Shown: piece after piece, positions 34,594-44,522 of the stretch
How the letters are laid out: every line of letters starts with the position of its first letter
Position numbering within the stretch: the first letter of the stretch is position 1
Notes under the pieces: generated by a model
Told to the model about the DNA's origin: nothing
Databases searched by the model: none
What the model saw: only the letters and a program-made list of their open reading frames with translations
From: a virus
Reading direction: 5' to 3' (one strand)
Virus record (IMG/VR): IMGVR_UViG_3300038456_000361
Coordinates: 6,960 to 70,959 of that record
DNA length: 64,000 nt
Translations under genes and position numbers: made by a program

Positions 34594-35999
34594 GCGTTGG
34601 GCCACAAGTATTTGCGTTCTCCGGACGCAAGGGGTCGGGCAAGGGGGTTATGTCGAGCCTACTTGAGCGCCGAGGGGCCGTTAAAGTGTCCATGGCCGGT
34701 TGGCTGAAGAACACCACCTCCTATCTTTGTGGCGTCAGTGCGGCTCAACTAGATGCTCTGAAGCTGGCTGGGGCACCACTCCCCCAAATAGACCCATCCC
34801 GACTGTCCATACTCGCCAGCAATTATCCCATCCTAGCCCCTTATCTGGATGGACTTCCGGCCCAGACGCACAACACTAGGACATTCCTTCAGTACCTGGG
34901 CACAGAGGTCTGCAGGTCCGCGGACCCAGAGTTCCACGTCAAGGTCGCTCTCAAGACCATCCAAGACCTTCAAGGACAGGGCAAGACGGTTGTTTGCGAT
35001 GACGTTCGATTTCCCAACGAACTCGCACTCAGGGGCATCGGAGCCCACTGTTTCTTCGTGGTCTCCCCCTGGAATTGGAGCCTCTCCAATCACCCCAGCG
35101 AAAACTCTGTCCTTTGGACCGACTTCGACCCCGAGCATATCATCTTCAATGATATACCCCTACACAAACTCGAGAAGAGGTATGGGGCGTTCTTCGATAG
35201 ATTCTTGAAACAGGGAGCCCCCACCGATGAACAGCCAGCATCGGTCGTCGCCATGGCAAAAGAGGGTCTGTCGTCGACGGACATCGCTACTAAACTGGAG
35301 CTGTCGAGGGACGCCATGGTCTGGTGGGCTGTACGCGCCAACGTTAGATTTCGGCGTACGGAGTACACTTCTGACGACCGAGCTTTCCTTGAGGGAACAC
35401 CAGAAGCCGCCTATTGGGTCGGGTTCCTGACGGCCGACGGCTGCATCAAAAGGTCGGGAAACTCTCACAGCCGGTATGTGGTCGAGTTTGGTTCTGTGGA
35501 CAAAAAGGCCGTTGATGGATTCCAGGCCTTCGTGGGGAGTAGGAAGCCCCTCTATGTAAAGAAGGAGCGAATGCAGGAGTTTAACGGAAAGAACTACGCG
35601 TGCCAGGAATACTTCTACACTGTCATTGAAAACCCTCTCATCCTGGAAAATCTCAAGTTATGGGATGTAGTCCCCCTAAAAACAGCTCGAACGACACCCC
35701 CCTATATGGTCACAAAGAACTCCGAGTTGTTCTACCCGTGGCTCAGGGGCCTCATCGATGGAGACGGCTCTGTGTTTAAGACATACCAGTACGGAAAACC
35801 CCTCCCTCATGTCAGCGTTCTGGCTTTCTCCCCATTGGCAGACTGGGTGCAGAAGACGGTTGAGTTGCCGTGCAGTCGACAAGACAATCACAAGGACGTT
35901 CCCGGCCTCAGTGTGCTATCGTATACCGGTCAGTACGCAAATGAACTAACGGCAAGAACAAAGGGAGCGCCGTGTCTCTCCAGAAAGTGGACCCCATGA
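34590..35999 (+). CDS. dNMP kinase fused to a double-motif LAGLIDADG endonuclease
   Basis: SGRKGSGK, RTFLQYLGTE, DDVRFPNE, HPSE; then AYWVGFLTADGCI and WLRGLIDGDGS; low GC. Confidence 0.85.
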   Translation: MSVGPQVFAFSGRKGSGKGVMSSLLERRGAVKVSMAGWLKNTTSYLCGVSAAQLDALKLAGAPLPQIDPSRLSILASNYPILAPYLDGLPAQTHNTRTFLQYLGTEVCRSADPEFHVKVALKTIQDLQGQGKTVVCDDVRFPNELALRGIGAHCFFVVSPWNWSLSNHPSENSVLWTDFDPEHIIFNDIPLHKLEKRYGAFFDRFLKQGAPTDEQPASVVAMAKEGLSSTDIATKLELSRDAMVWWAVRANVRFRRTEYTSDDRAFLEGTPEAAYWVGFLTADGCIKRSGNSHSRYVVEFGSVDKKAVDGFQAFVGSRKPLYVKKERMQEFNGKNYACQEYFYTVIENPLILENLKLWDVVPLKTARTTPPYMVTKNSELFYPWLRGLIDGDGSVFKTYQYGKPLPHVSVLAFSPLADWVQKTVELPCSRQDNHKDVPGLSVLSYTGQYANELTARTKGAPCLSRKWTP

Positions 36000-36331
36000 C
36001 CCAGGAACAGCAGCTCCTCGAGCACCACATCAAGCACGCCGGGGACGCGCTTGTCGCAGTCCGGACCCAGTACGAGGCGCTTCGGGCCGAGCTTGCGCAT
36101 GAGCGGCGGCGCGCCGAGGACGCGGAGGCGAGCCGGGACACCATCCGCGCCCACGCCCAGGCCGCTCTGGAGAAGTACCGGGACGACAAGGCGCGCACGG
36201 GCGAGCTTGAGACCCTTCTCGAGGCCGCTATCCACTCCTGGGACAGCGACGACGAGAACCTCACGCCCATCCTCGAGACAGCGCGAGACCTCCTGAGCGG
36301 CGGGGACCCGGTGGAGAAGAAACCCGCATGA
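35996..36331 (+). CDS. Coiled-coil hypothetical protein
   Basis: ATGA overlap. Confidence 0.6.
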   Translation: MTQEQQLLEHHIKHAGDALVAVRTQYEALRAELAHERRRAEDAEASRDTIRAHAQAALEKYRDDKARTGELETLLEAAIHSWDSDDENLTPILETARDLLSGGDPVEKKPA

Positions 36332-37557
36332 AGAGACAGTTCCTGGTCCTCGGCATCGCCGCCGTGCTCACGTGCTGCGCCCCCGACAACGTACTCGTGG
36401 GGGTCCCCCAGGGGGACGCTGGCTTCGACGCAGGACCTGATGCCGGCCCGGACGGGGGGCTCGACAGTGGCGTGGATGCGGGGCCCGATGGCGGTCCTGA
36501 CGCGGGGCCGACCATCCCCGACGGGGGCTGCGTGCCGGGCACCACCCAGGTCTGCTACACGGGCCCGGCAGGCACGGTCGGGGTGGGCATCTGCCACGCG
36601 GGCACACAGGCCTGCGCCTCGAGCTACGCCTACGGCCCCTGCGAGGATGAGCAGGTCCCCACCGCGGAGACCTGCGACTGCCAGGATGATGACTGCAACG
36701 GCACCATCAACGACATCTACCCGGGCGCGTGCTACAGCGGCCCGACGGACACAATCGGGGTGGGCGCGTGCGACTACGGCGTGACCGAGTGCACGCCCGA
36801 GTGCACCCAGGTTTGCGCCAACGAGGTCACCCCGGAGCCGGACCAGTGCGCGGGCGTCGACCTCGAGTGCAATGGCGACCCCCCGTCGGTGAGCGCACCC
36901 GTGGACCTCGTGTTCATGGTCGACGACACCAACACGGGCTGCGAGTACCCCATGGGGCAGGCCGAGTTCAACCAGGTCCAGGACACGCTCACCACGTACG
37001 GGAGTTTCCCAACGACCCTGCCGGCCTTTATCCGGTGGACCCTCATCGCCATGCCGGGATGCAACGGGCAGGGCTGGCCCGCGGTCGATGACGGTGGCTA
37101 CTCCGTCTTCCAGGAGCTGACGGACCAGGAGGGGTTCCTCGTCGGCTCGGACTTCGACGGGGGCATCCCCGGATACGCCCCAAACTTCGGCATCGAAATC
37201 CAGTGCTACGACACCACCCCGCAGTGCATGAGCGGGTACGCGTACTACCCCTACGACCTCCTGTACGAACAGGTCCAGGGCCAGCTCACGCCCTGGAGCG
37301 ATGGCGGCATCCAGAGGTACATCGTCATGATGACGGCCCAGCCCGGTGCGGGGCTCACCTACGACGTCGCGGACATCAACGCCGCGCTCGCCGCGTCCCC
37401 GGTCCCCACCACGGTGCTCATCTTCGCCGAGCCCCGGTACGAGCCCGACTACGAGGGCATAGACGCGGATGCCGACGACCGGGTCTTCGCGCTCAGCGAC
37501 TACCAGAGCATGGACTTCGAGCTGCAAGAGAACATCGCCTTCATGTGCAAACAGTAG
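36328..37557 (+). CDS. Myxobacterial-type lipoprotein (DAG/DGG repeats, Cys-rich metal-binding motifs, vWA-like domain)
   Basis: LTCC lipobox; DAGPDGG repeats; CYTGPAGTVGVGICHAGTQAC; ETCDCQDDDCNG; DLVFMVDDT. Confidence 0.8.
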   Translation: MKRQFLVLGIAAVLTCCAPDNVLVGVPQGDAGFDAGPDAGPDGGLDSGVDAGPDGGPDAGPTIPDGGCVPGTTQVCYTGPAGTVGVGICHAGTQACASSYAYGPCEDEQVPTAETCDCQDDDCNGTINDIYPGACYSGPTDTIGVGACDYGVTECTPECTQVCANEVTPEPDQCAGVDLECNGDPPSVSAPVDLVFMVDDTNTGCEYPMGQAEFNQVQDTLTTYGSFPTTLPAFIRWTLIAMPGCNGQGWPAVDDGGYSVFQELTDQEGFLVGSDFDGGIPGYAPNFGIEIQCYDTTPQCMSGYAYYPYDLLYEQVQGQLTPWSDGGIQRYIVMMTAQPGAGLTYDVADINAALAASPVPTTVLIFAEPRYEPDYEGIDADADDRVFALSDYQSMDFELQENIAFMCKQ

Positions 37558-37574
37558 GAAAAAGGAGAAACACC

Positions 37575-37796
37575 ATGGCCAAGATAGCCCCAAAGTTCCG
37601 CAGACAGGAAGTCGGACCCGCCGATATAGATGAGGTGAGCGAAGCTATCGCCAACCTCATCCGAGCAGCAATGGGCGCCGTAGAATTAAGCCGCGCCACT
37701 TCTGGTGGCGTCCAGGAGAACGCCATGCTAACGGCCCTAAATATAAGCAAGGCGGCTCATGGCCTGAGCCAGCACCTGGCGGGGCTTGACTTCTAG
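37575..37796 (+). CDS. Hypothetical protein
   Basis: AAGGAG SD. Confidence 0.55.
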   Translation: MAKIAPKFRRQEVGPADIDEVSEAIANLIRAAMGAVELSRATSGGVQENAMLTALNISKAAHGLSQHLAGLDF

Positions 37797-37820
37797 TCAG
37801 AACCTGGTACAGTGGGTTCT

Positions 37821-39335
37821 ATGACGACGACGACCCCGAGCTGGAGCGCGCAGCAGAAAGCCATCTTCGCCTTCTTCGCGACCGGCGCCGGGAACTTGGT
37901 GGTGCGGGCCCGCGCCGGCACCGGCAAGACCACGACCGTCATCCAGGGCATCGAGGTCGCCCCCGAGACCAAGATTCTCCTCGCCGCCTTCAACAAGCGC
38001 ATCGCCCAGGAGCTGGAGGCGAAGCTCACCAAGGACGGCGCCGACGCCAAGACCCTGCACTCCGTGGGTTTCGGGTTCGTGCTCGCGAACTGGAAGGGCG
38101 TGCGCGTCGACAACGACCGTGGCATGAAGATTGCCCAGAGGGTCTGCGGGCTCGCGGCACCCCGGGCCGCGGCTCGCCTGGTGGCGAACCTCGTCTCGAA
38201 GGCGAAGGGTATCGCCCCCTTCGCGACCCTCCTGGACCTCGAGAACATCGCCGAGGACTTCGACCTCACGCCCGAGGAGGACCTGGAGATGGCCGGCTTC
38301 GGGCTCAAGCGCATCATCTCCCTGGCGCAGGAGGCGATGGCCGCTGCCGCGCTCCCGAACGTGAGCGAGGCGCCCAGCATCGACTTCGATGACATGCTCT
38401 TCGTGCCCGTGCGCAACCACTGGGTCAAGGGCAAGTACCAGATGGTCGTCATCGACGAGTGCCAGGACATGAACGCGACGCAGCTGCGGCTCGCCCAGGA
38501 CGTGTGCAAGAAGGGTGGACGTGTGGTGGTGGTCGGTGATGACCGGCAAAGTATTTATAAATTTCGTGGCGCGGACACAACCGCCTTCACCCGCCTCAAG
38601 AAGGAACTGAACGCGCACGAGCTGGGGTTGACCATCACGTACCGCTGCCCCAAGAAGGTCGTCGCCCTGGCCGCCCAGCTCGTGCCCGACTACGAGGCCG
38701 CGGCGAGCGCGCCCGAGGGCATCGTGCGCGACATCCGCGAGGCCGCCCTGACCACGGACGCCCAGCCCGGGGACTTCGTGCTCTCGCGGAAGAACGCGCC
38801 CCTGGTGCGCTTCTGCCTGGCGATGCTCCGCACGGGCAAGCGCGCCCGCATCGAGGGCCGGGACATCGGCGCCGGCCTCCTCGCGCTCGTGCGCAAGTTC
38901 AAGGCCCGGGACCTCGCGTCCCTGACGAAGAAGCTCCTCGAGTGGGAGGGCAAGCAGGTCAAGCGCGCCATCGCCGCCAAGGGCGGGGACGTCGAGGCCG
39001 CGGCCCCGAAGGTCCAGCAGGTCGTCGACACCCGCGAGACCATCGTCTCCCTCGCGGAGGGCCTCGCCACGGTCGCCGAGCTGGAGATGCGCATCGAGAC
39101 CCTCTTCGCGGACAGCGGCGAGGGCCAGGTGGTGTTCTCGTCCGTGCACAAGGCCAAGGGCCTCGAGAAGGAGCGCGTGTTCCTCCTGGAGGAGAGCTTC
39201 AAGCGCAAGGCCCGCGGCGAGGAGGTCGCCACCTTCAGCAACGATGTCGAGGAGGTCAACATCCGCTACGTCGCCATCACGCGCGCCAAGGCCGAGCTTG
39301 TCTGGGTCAAGGCCAAACTCCAGGAGGCAGCATGA
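37821..39335 (+). CDS. UvrD/Rep-like SF1 helicase
   Basis: ARAGTGKTT, IDECQD, VGDDRQSIYKFRGA, TYRCP, SVHKAKGLE, YVAITRAK. Confidence 0.93.
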   Translation: MTTTTPSWSAQQKAIFAFFATGAGNLVVRARAGTGKTTTVIQGIEVAPETKILLAAFNKRIAQELEAKLTKDGADAKTLHSVGFGFVLANWKGVRVDNDRGMKIAQRVCGLAAPRAAARLVANLVSKAKGIAPFATLLDLENIAEDFDLTPEEDLEMAGFGLKRIISLAQEAMAAAALPNVSEAPSIDFDDMLFVPVRNHWVKGKYQMVVIDECQDMNATQLRLAQDVCKKGGRVVVVGDDRQSIYKFRGADTTAFTRLKKELNAHELGLTITYRCPKKVVALAAQLVPDYEAAASAPEGIVRDIREAALTTDAQPGDFVLSRKNAPLVRFCLAMLRTGKRARIEGRDIGAGLLALVRKFKARDLASLTKKLLEWEGKQVKRAIAAKGGDVEAAAPKVQQVVDTRETIVSLAEGLATVAELEMRIETLFADSGEGQVVFSSVHKAKGLEKERVFLLEESFKRKARGEEVATFSNDVEEVNIRYVAITRAKAELVWVKAKLQEAA

Positions 39336-39844
39336 ACGCCATAACGAAGATTGCCGATGCACTGAAGAGCATGAAGGTTGACGGACCAGACACAGCACAG
39401 GGCTGCAACTACTGTGGCCGTGGGCACTCCCGGGACTTCGTCTCGGACGAACCCCATATCCAAGAGCCCTCGGCCGAGATTGACAAGTTCGGCTATAGGG
39501 TCAGTGACAACTGCACCATCTGCCGGGGCACGGGCGAGGACTACAAGGAGCATAAGCTCCTCATTGCCGGCGACGGCAAGGGCAACGGCTCCGTCCTTGA
39601 ATACCGGGGTTGGGGCCCAACCATGGACATCCGCGAGAGCGGACTGACGGACCTCGGGGACATGGGCCTGGACGAGGCGCCCCTGGGCCTGAGCATCTTC
39701 GAGGCCACCAAGTACAATGCCGGTGGACACTACAACGGTTTCACCGGGGATTACTCGGACCCCACCGGGTACGAGGACGGCGACTTCCGGGAGTTGACAC
39801 GCCAGGAGTGGGACGCTATCATCGAGAAGAAGCGCCTTTTCTAG
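39332..39844 (+). CDS. Hypothetical protein
   Basis: GGAGG SD; ATGA overlap. Confidence 0.6.
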   Translation: MNAITKIADALKSMKVDGPDTAQGCNYCGRGHSRDFVSDEPHIQEPSAEIDKFGYRVSDNCTICRGTGEDYKEHKLLIAGDGKGNGSVLEYRGWGPTMDIRESGLTDLGDMGLDEAPLGLSIFEATKYNAGGHYNGFTGDYSDPTGYEDGDFRELTRQEWDAIIEKKRLF

Positions 39845-39853
39845 GAGAACACC

Positions 39854-40096
39854 ATGAACCCAAAGAGTGGAGAGGCCGTAATCAAGGCGCTGGAGACCCT
39901 CCAGAACAACGCCGGCATCGCCGTCGAGGACATCGAGAGCGCCGAGGCCATCGTGGACGACATCTACGAGCTGGTGCTCCAGCACGTCGTCAAGCATGAG
40001 TACCGCAAGGCCTTCTACCTGCGCATCAACGCCCTCCAGTGCTGCCTGACGTCTGCTATGAACAGGCTCGAGCCTGATGAGAAGGAGGAAGCATGA
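39854..40096 (+). CDS. Hypothetical protein
   Basis: AGGAG SD. Confidence 0.6.
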   Translation: MNPKSGEAVIKALETLQNNAGIAVEDIESAEAIVDDIYELVLQHVVKHEYRKAFYLRINALQCCLTSAMNRLEPDEKEEA

Positions 40097-40530
40097 GCCA
40101 CGCATTCCTACAGGGACAGGTCCAGAAGCACAAGCGCGGCTGCAGCACCTGCAAGGCGGCTCGCTTCTTCCACAGGGGGCGGCGGTACTCCCTCTGCACC
40201 GAGCACCTCGCGTATGCCAGGGATGGGTGGCGCACGCATGTTCGACGCTGTCGCGCCGCGGGGCGTTGCATCGACTGCCACGACAAGAAGCTCCACAAGG
40301 AGCAGCGCTGCGCCGTCTGCAAGGAGCGCAATCGCAGCAAGTGTCTGGCATGGAGCCGGGCGCGACCAGAGGTGAGCCACAGATACTGGCTGACCGTCAG
40401 GCGCATGTATCTTCAGAACGGACTATGCATCTGCAAGGGGCACCCGCAGCTTCCCGCGGGTTATCGCCGCTGTGACGAGTGTCGGCACAAGAAGGCCCTC
40501 CGTGACCGGCGTCAGCGCGCATCTAGTTGA
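40093..40530 (+). CDS. Basic protein with repeated zinc-finger-like units
   Basis: Three repeated (G)xCxxC...CxxC/H-like units. Confidence 0.65.
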   Translation: MSHAFLQGQVQKHKRGCSTCKAARFFHRGRRYSLCTEHLAYARDGWRTHVRRCRAAGRCIDCHDKKLHKEQRCAVCKERNRSKCLAWSRARPEVSHRYWLTVRRMYLQNGLCICKGHPQLPAGYRRCDECRHKKALRDRRQRASS

Positions 40531-40915
40531 GGTAGTCGGGCGTGAGGATGGCGTCCAGGACCTTGCGCTGGGCCTCGGCCTCTGGCGTGAGGAAGAACTG
40601 CCACCTGGCGCCTATGAGGGCCTCCTGGTCGCGCATGGTTCGCTCGTCCACGACCCTGCCACCGATGTCCCTGAAGCTGGGGTTGTACTTCCTGGCAGCA
40701 TGGAGTTTGCCCCTGAGGTGCGCCTGGAGGCTGTACAGGACGGATGCGTAGTCGGGGAGATACCACCTGCCCCGATGTAGGAGGTCCAGACTGCATCTCT
40801 CCTGAGCCCACCAGCGCAAACGGTCAGCTGCAGGCAGAGCCTCCCACCAACCATGGGGGTTCTTGCAGGCGGCCGTGAGGGCCTTCCGGTCTATCAGGGA
40901 GCGGTCGATGGGCAT
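40523..40915 (-). CDS. Hypothetical protein
   Basis: LYSLQAHLRGKLH; last gene of a minus-strand cluster. Confidence 0.6.
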   Translation of the reverse strand: MPIDRSLIDRKALTAACKNPHGWWEALPAADRLRWWAQERCSLDLLHRGRWYLPDYASVLYSLQAHLRGKLHAARKYNPSFRDIGGRVVDERTMRDQEALIGARWQFFLTPEAEAQRKVLDAILTPDYLN

Positions 40916-41063
40916 GGCTCAGCGCTCGTCCGTCAGGTCCCGGGATGCGATGAAGGTGGCACCACAGCGACACTTCCAGTGACTGTTTTCCTTGATGTAC
41001 TTGGGGTACTCGTAGTTGCACAGCGGACATCTTGGGTGCTCGTCGTACATCCGGTGAACCTCA

Positions 41064-41363
41064 TCATGACGGCCTCTTGCGGCGGTCGTCAACATCGATA
41101 CCCGCGGGACCATTCCCTCGGGTTTCCGCAAGACGTTCGGACTGAAGGTATGCCTCGTACTTGGCGAGGAGCTGGGGGTACATGGGCGCAGGCAGGAGGC
41201 TCTGAATCCAGGCATCGAGGTCGTGACTGTGGTCCACGCCGAAGTCCGCGACAGCGCTCTGGTAAGCGGCTTCGATGCATGCCGCGGTAATGGGTCCAGG
41301 CGCGGGGACGATGTAGGTGGTACCGTCCTTGCCAAAGTCGACGCCGAAGAAGGGTTCGCTCAT
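41064..41363 (-). CDS. Hypothetical protein
   Basis: AGGAGG SD. Confidence 0.55.
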   Translation of the reverse strand: MSEPFFGVDFGKDGTTYIVPAPGPITAACIEAAYQSAVADFGVDHSHDLDAWIQSLLPAPMYPQLLAKYEAYLQSERLAETRGNGPAGIDVDDRRKRPS

Positions 41364-41555
41364 GTCCTACCTCCTAGATTCAGTCCCCGGTGATGGTGAC
41401 CGTGTCCTCGTAGATGTCCGGCTTGCAGCCATCCGGGGTCGTCTGGGCATGGACAACTAGCTTGGTGTCATGACCACCGAAGTCCACGTACCAAATCTGC
41501 TTGTCGTCCAGGTCAGTGTCGATGGCTGCTATGAAGGCCTTCAGCTCTTTTACGG

Positions 41556-41753
41556 TCATTGGCGCTCCTCCAGGTACATGCGTATGGCCGCCCACGCGCT
41601 CGCCAGGAAGAAGCAGGGCAGCATCCACAGCGCGTGCGCGACCGCCCGCCAGCCGCGGACGTTCCCGACCACGAGGAAGAGCGAGAACACGAGGATGGAG
41701 AACGTCACGAGCATGAGCAGCACCCCGAAGGCGTCTCGGAGCGCGCGCTTCAT
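41556..41753 (-). CDS. Small protein with two TM segments
   Basis: Two hydrophobic helices. Confidence 0.55.
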   Translation of the reverse strand: MKRALRDAFGVLLMLVTFSILVFSLFLVVGNVRGWRAVAHALWMLPCFFLASAWAAIRMYLEERQ

Positions 41754-42245
41754 GACGCCCGGCGGTCGTCCACGAGGACCCGCGGGGGCTTGTCGCGGGC
41801 GAGCCCCAGCTCGATGGCGAGGTCGTCCAGGTCCTCGGTGGTCATGCTGGCCACGTCCAGGCCCTCCAGGACCTCGTCGATGGCCCTGAGGGCCTCATCC
41901 CGCTCGGCCCGCGTTGGGGTGGTCCCGAGGTTCGTCAGGTAGGTCTTCTCGACCTCTTCGTAGAGCTGGTCGCGCATGGCCTCGGCGACGGCGTCGAGTT
42001 TGTCCTGGTCGCTCACTTGCGCCTCCGGTCGTCGATGGCGACAGGGAATAAGCCACGCAAGCCACGCGCCCATTCCTCGACACCAGCCTTCCTGCGGGTC
42101 TCGCAGGACGTGTAGGCTTTGGTGACCTCGCTCCTGGGGGCGTTCGGCCGGAAGTCCGCGACCAAGCCACAGTCCCTGCAGGTGTACACGACCTCGCCGC
42201 TATCCATGAACGGCGGGTCGAAGCTGTGGAAGTAGTGGACGTAGC

Positions 42246-42632
42246 TCACGCGGAGAAGCTCCGACCACAACCGCACTGGGCCTTGGCCATTGGATTGGCA
42301 AAACGGAAGCCCGACTGGAGGCCATCGCGCACGTAGTCAATGACGCACCCCTTCAGGTACTGGGCGCTCACGGGGTCGACGGCGATGCGGATGGGAGCGT
42401 CTGCGTGGTCACCAGGTATCGGGTCGGTCTGGTCCCAGATGATGTCCTTAGGGGAGGGGTCTCCGAACCCCACTAGGTCGATGTTGTACTCGAACCCCGA
42501 GCACCCCCCGCCAGTAATACCCACACGCAGGTAAATCCAGGAGCCCTTGCGGCCAGCTCGCGAGCCTCTCTCGTCATGGACAGCCCTGTTGACCTGCTTC
42601 CAGGCGTCCTCCGTGAGGGTCAGGAGGCCCAT
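42246..42632 (-). CDS. iscA: A-type Fe-S cluster carrier (HesB/IscA/ErpA family)
   Basis: LRVGITGGGCSGFEY...IDY...SGFRFANP.A..CGCGRSF. Confidence 0.92.
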   Translation of the reverse strand: MGLLTLTEDAWKQVNRAVHDERGSRAGRKGSWIYLRVGITGGGCSGFEYNIDLVGFGDPSPKDIIWDQTDPIPGDHADAPIRIAVDPVSAQYLKGCVIDYVRDGLQSGFRFANPMAKAQCGCGRSFSA

Positions 42633-42633
42633 G

Positions 42634-42849
42634 TCAGAGCACCCGGTCCTGGATAATGACGTTCTTCCCCAGGATGTCCTGGATGGCTTTGTGGAGGAGT
42701 TTTTGGACTTCCTCGAGAGTGGCTGCATGAGCATAAACCAGTGGGGCGTCCTCGGCGACCTCGGGCACGCTCCCGGTCCAGTTACCACCCTCGAGCAGCT
42801 CGTAGGTGGCGACGAAGCGCTGGGTAGGGACCGATGTCTTAGTTGCCAT
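42634..42849 (-). CDS. Solo HicB-like antitoxin domain
   Basis: GNWTGSVPEV...YAHAATLEEVQKLLHKAI. Confidence 0.55.
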   Translation of the reverse strand: MATKTSVPTQRFVATYELLEGGNWTGSVPEVAEDAPLVYAHAATLEEVQKLLHKAIQDILGKNVIIQDRVL

Positions 42850-43105
42850 GCCCGACGACCTCCACCTTGACGGGGCCGTACTTCCCGGGCACATTCGTGG
42901 TGTCGATGCCCCCACCCACATACTCGAGCCCCGTCAGGGCGCCAGGCTGGCCGCAGATGATGGTGTAGCCCTGATGAGGGGTGCTGGTGGACTGCAACAC
43001 GAAGGAAGACAGCCCCAGGGCCGCCTTGATGCCCTCGCAGACCTCGTACTGAGTGCCCTCGAGGTCCACGGTGGTGCCGACGGCGAGCTTGACGGTGGCC
43101 TTCAC
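42839..43105 (-). CDS. Hypothetical protein
   Basis: Coupled ORF. Confidence 0.55.
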   Translation of the reverse strand: MKATVKLAVGTTVDLEGTQYEVCEGIKAALGLSSFVLQSTSTPHQGYTIICGQPGALTGLEYVGGGIDTTNVPGKYGPVKVEVVGHGN

Positions 43106-43449
43106 TTGGAACCTTCTTTCCTAAAGTACTTCCGCGTCACCGCGGGGATGAGGGTGTGGACGCGCGCGAACTCCCGGGCGCGTGCCTCGAAGGCGGCGTC
43201 CCCGCGGGCTTCCTCTCGGACGTCATCCTCAGAGTATACCACAGACCCGGGCGAGGCGCTCTTGTAGACGGCGGAGCGCTGCACGCCCAAGCTCGTCTCG
43301 TTCACGAGCACGTAGAGGCCGTTCTTGTCGGGCGCGGGCGCCGAGATGGCGGACATGGCCTTGTCGGGCTCGAGCACGCCCCGTCGCGCCCGGTCGGCCT
43401 GCGCGAGTACCTTCCCGTGGATATACCGGAGCAACGCAGCGTTGGGCAT
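43102..43449 (-). CDS. Hypothetical protein
   Basis: GAGGAG SD. Confidence 0.55.
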   Translation of the reverse strand: MPNAALLRYIHGKVLAQADRARRGVLEPDKAMSAISAPAPDKNGLYVLVNETSLGVQRSAVYKSASPGSVVYSEDDVREEARGDAAFEARAREFARVHTLIPAVTRKYFRKEGSK

Positions 43450-43627
43450 GATGGGGTTTACTCCTCTTGGGGTGGGTTGTTCTTGCCGCGGAGGTGCAAG
43501 CGAAAGTTGTGCAGGTACTGGCCCTGACCGCCCGCGGAGCGCAGGCTCACCGTCACCCAGAGTTTCAGGCCCACGAGCCCCAGGACGCGGTTGATGTTCT
43601 CGAGTTTCACGGGGGTGTTCCCCTTTC

Positions 43628-44509
43628 CTAGCTGTTCTGCACCTTGCGGAACGTGCGCCAAGAATTGCAGAGCACCACCGAGGCGACGTGGTCGAAGCTC
43701 ATGTAGAAGCAGCCCTGGAGGCTCGGGTCCGACCCGGGGGCGTTGCCGAGGCCCCAGCTGGCGCCCCAGCTGTTCTGGACGAGGAAGAGGCGCTTGGCGA
43801 GGTCGTACCCGCGGATGACCAAGAAATGGCCCCCGAGGATGTCGTCCGTGTCCGTCGGCAGCGGGCACACCCAGCCGGTGGCGTCGCTCATCGTCGAGAA
43901 GCTCGAGAAGAGCACCGTCCCGAAGGCGATGGGGTAGCCCTGGTTGAGGCTGTGGAGGATGTGCTCCAGCGAGAGCGTGTAGAAGCTGTCCGTGAGCTTG
44001 CGCTTCGCGGCGTCGACGTACGCGGGCTGTGGGGGCTTGACCGCGAACTGGGTGATGTCGTAGGGCCACACGCTCTCCACGGGCACGCCGAGCAGGCGCG
44101 CGACCCAGGAGGCCCCGCCGCCGGTGCTGCCCGTGTCCTTGCTCTTGTCGATGCGCGCGTTCCAGTAGAGGAACAACCGCGAGAGCTGCAGGAGCTGGCC
44201 CGTCTCCTTGGCCTCGACGTCCGCCAGGCACGTCCCGATGGCGTTCTCGACGCAGGAGCCGAGCGTGAGCTGGTCCTGCACGGGCGGCCACAGGGGGTTG
44301 CCCGCCTTGAGGTCCAGGGAAGCGGGGAACTTCAGGGACAGGGGAATCAGCTCGAGCAGGGGCAGGAACCTGAGCTTCGCGAGGCCCTTGAACAGGTCCG
44401 TGTAGACCTTGCTCTCGAGCGTCTCCAGCTCGGTGTCAATCTTGGCCGAGAGCTGAACTCCGGCGGGGATGCAACCAAAGGGCTTCGACGCGTCTCTGAA
44501 CACTGACAT
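43628..44509 (-). CDS. Papain-like cysteine peptidase (C1A)
   Basis: PVQDQ...GSCV, GGHFLVIRGYD, QNSWGASWG; GGAGG SD before MSVF. Confidence 0.9.
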   Translation of the reverse strand: MSVFRDASKPFGCIPAGVQLSAKIDTELETLESKVYTDLFKGLAKLRFLPLLELIPLSLKFPASLDLKAGNPLWPPVQDQLTLGSCVENAIGTCLADVEAKETGQLLQLSRLFLYWNARIDKSKDTGSTGGGASWVARLLGVPVESVWPYDITQFAVKPPQPAYVDAAKRKLTDSFYTLSLEHILHSLNQGYPIAFGTVLFSSFSTMSDATGWVCPLPTDTDDILGGHFLVIRGYDLAKRLFLVQNSWGASWGLGNAPGSDPSLQGCFYMSFDHVASVVLCNSWRTFRKVQNS

Positions 44510-44522
44510 GGGTGCTACCTCC

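Noticed and set aside
34590-35999. Intein or group I intron in the dNMP kinase
   Set aside because: The kinase motifs are complete before the endonuclease; no splicing motifs or downstream exon were seen.
36410-36530. Short DNA repeats (gacgc.gg) as a CRISPR or VNTR array
   Set aside because: Degenerate codon-level repeats encoding DAG/DGG; no identical repeats with spacers were found anywhere in the window.
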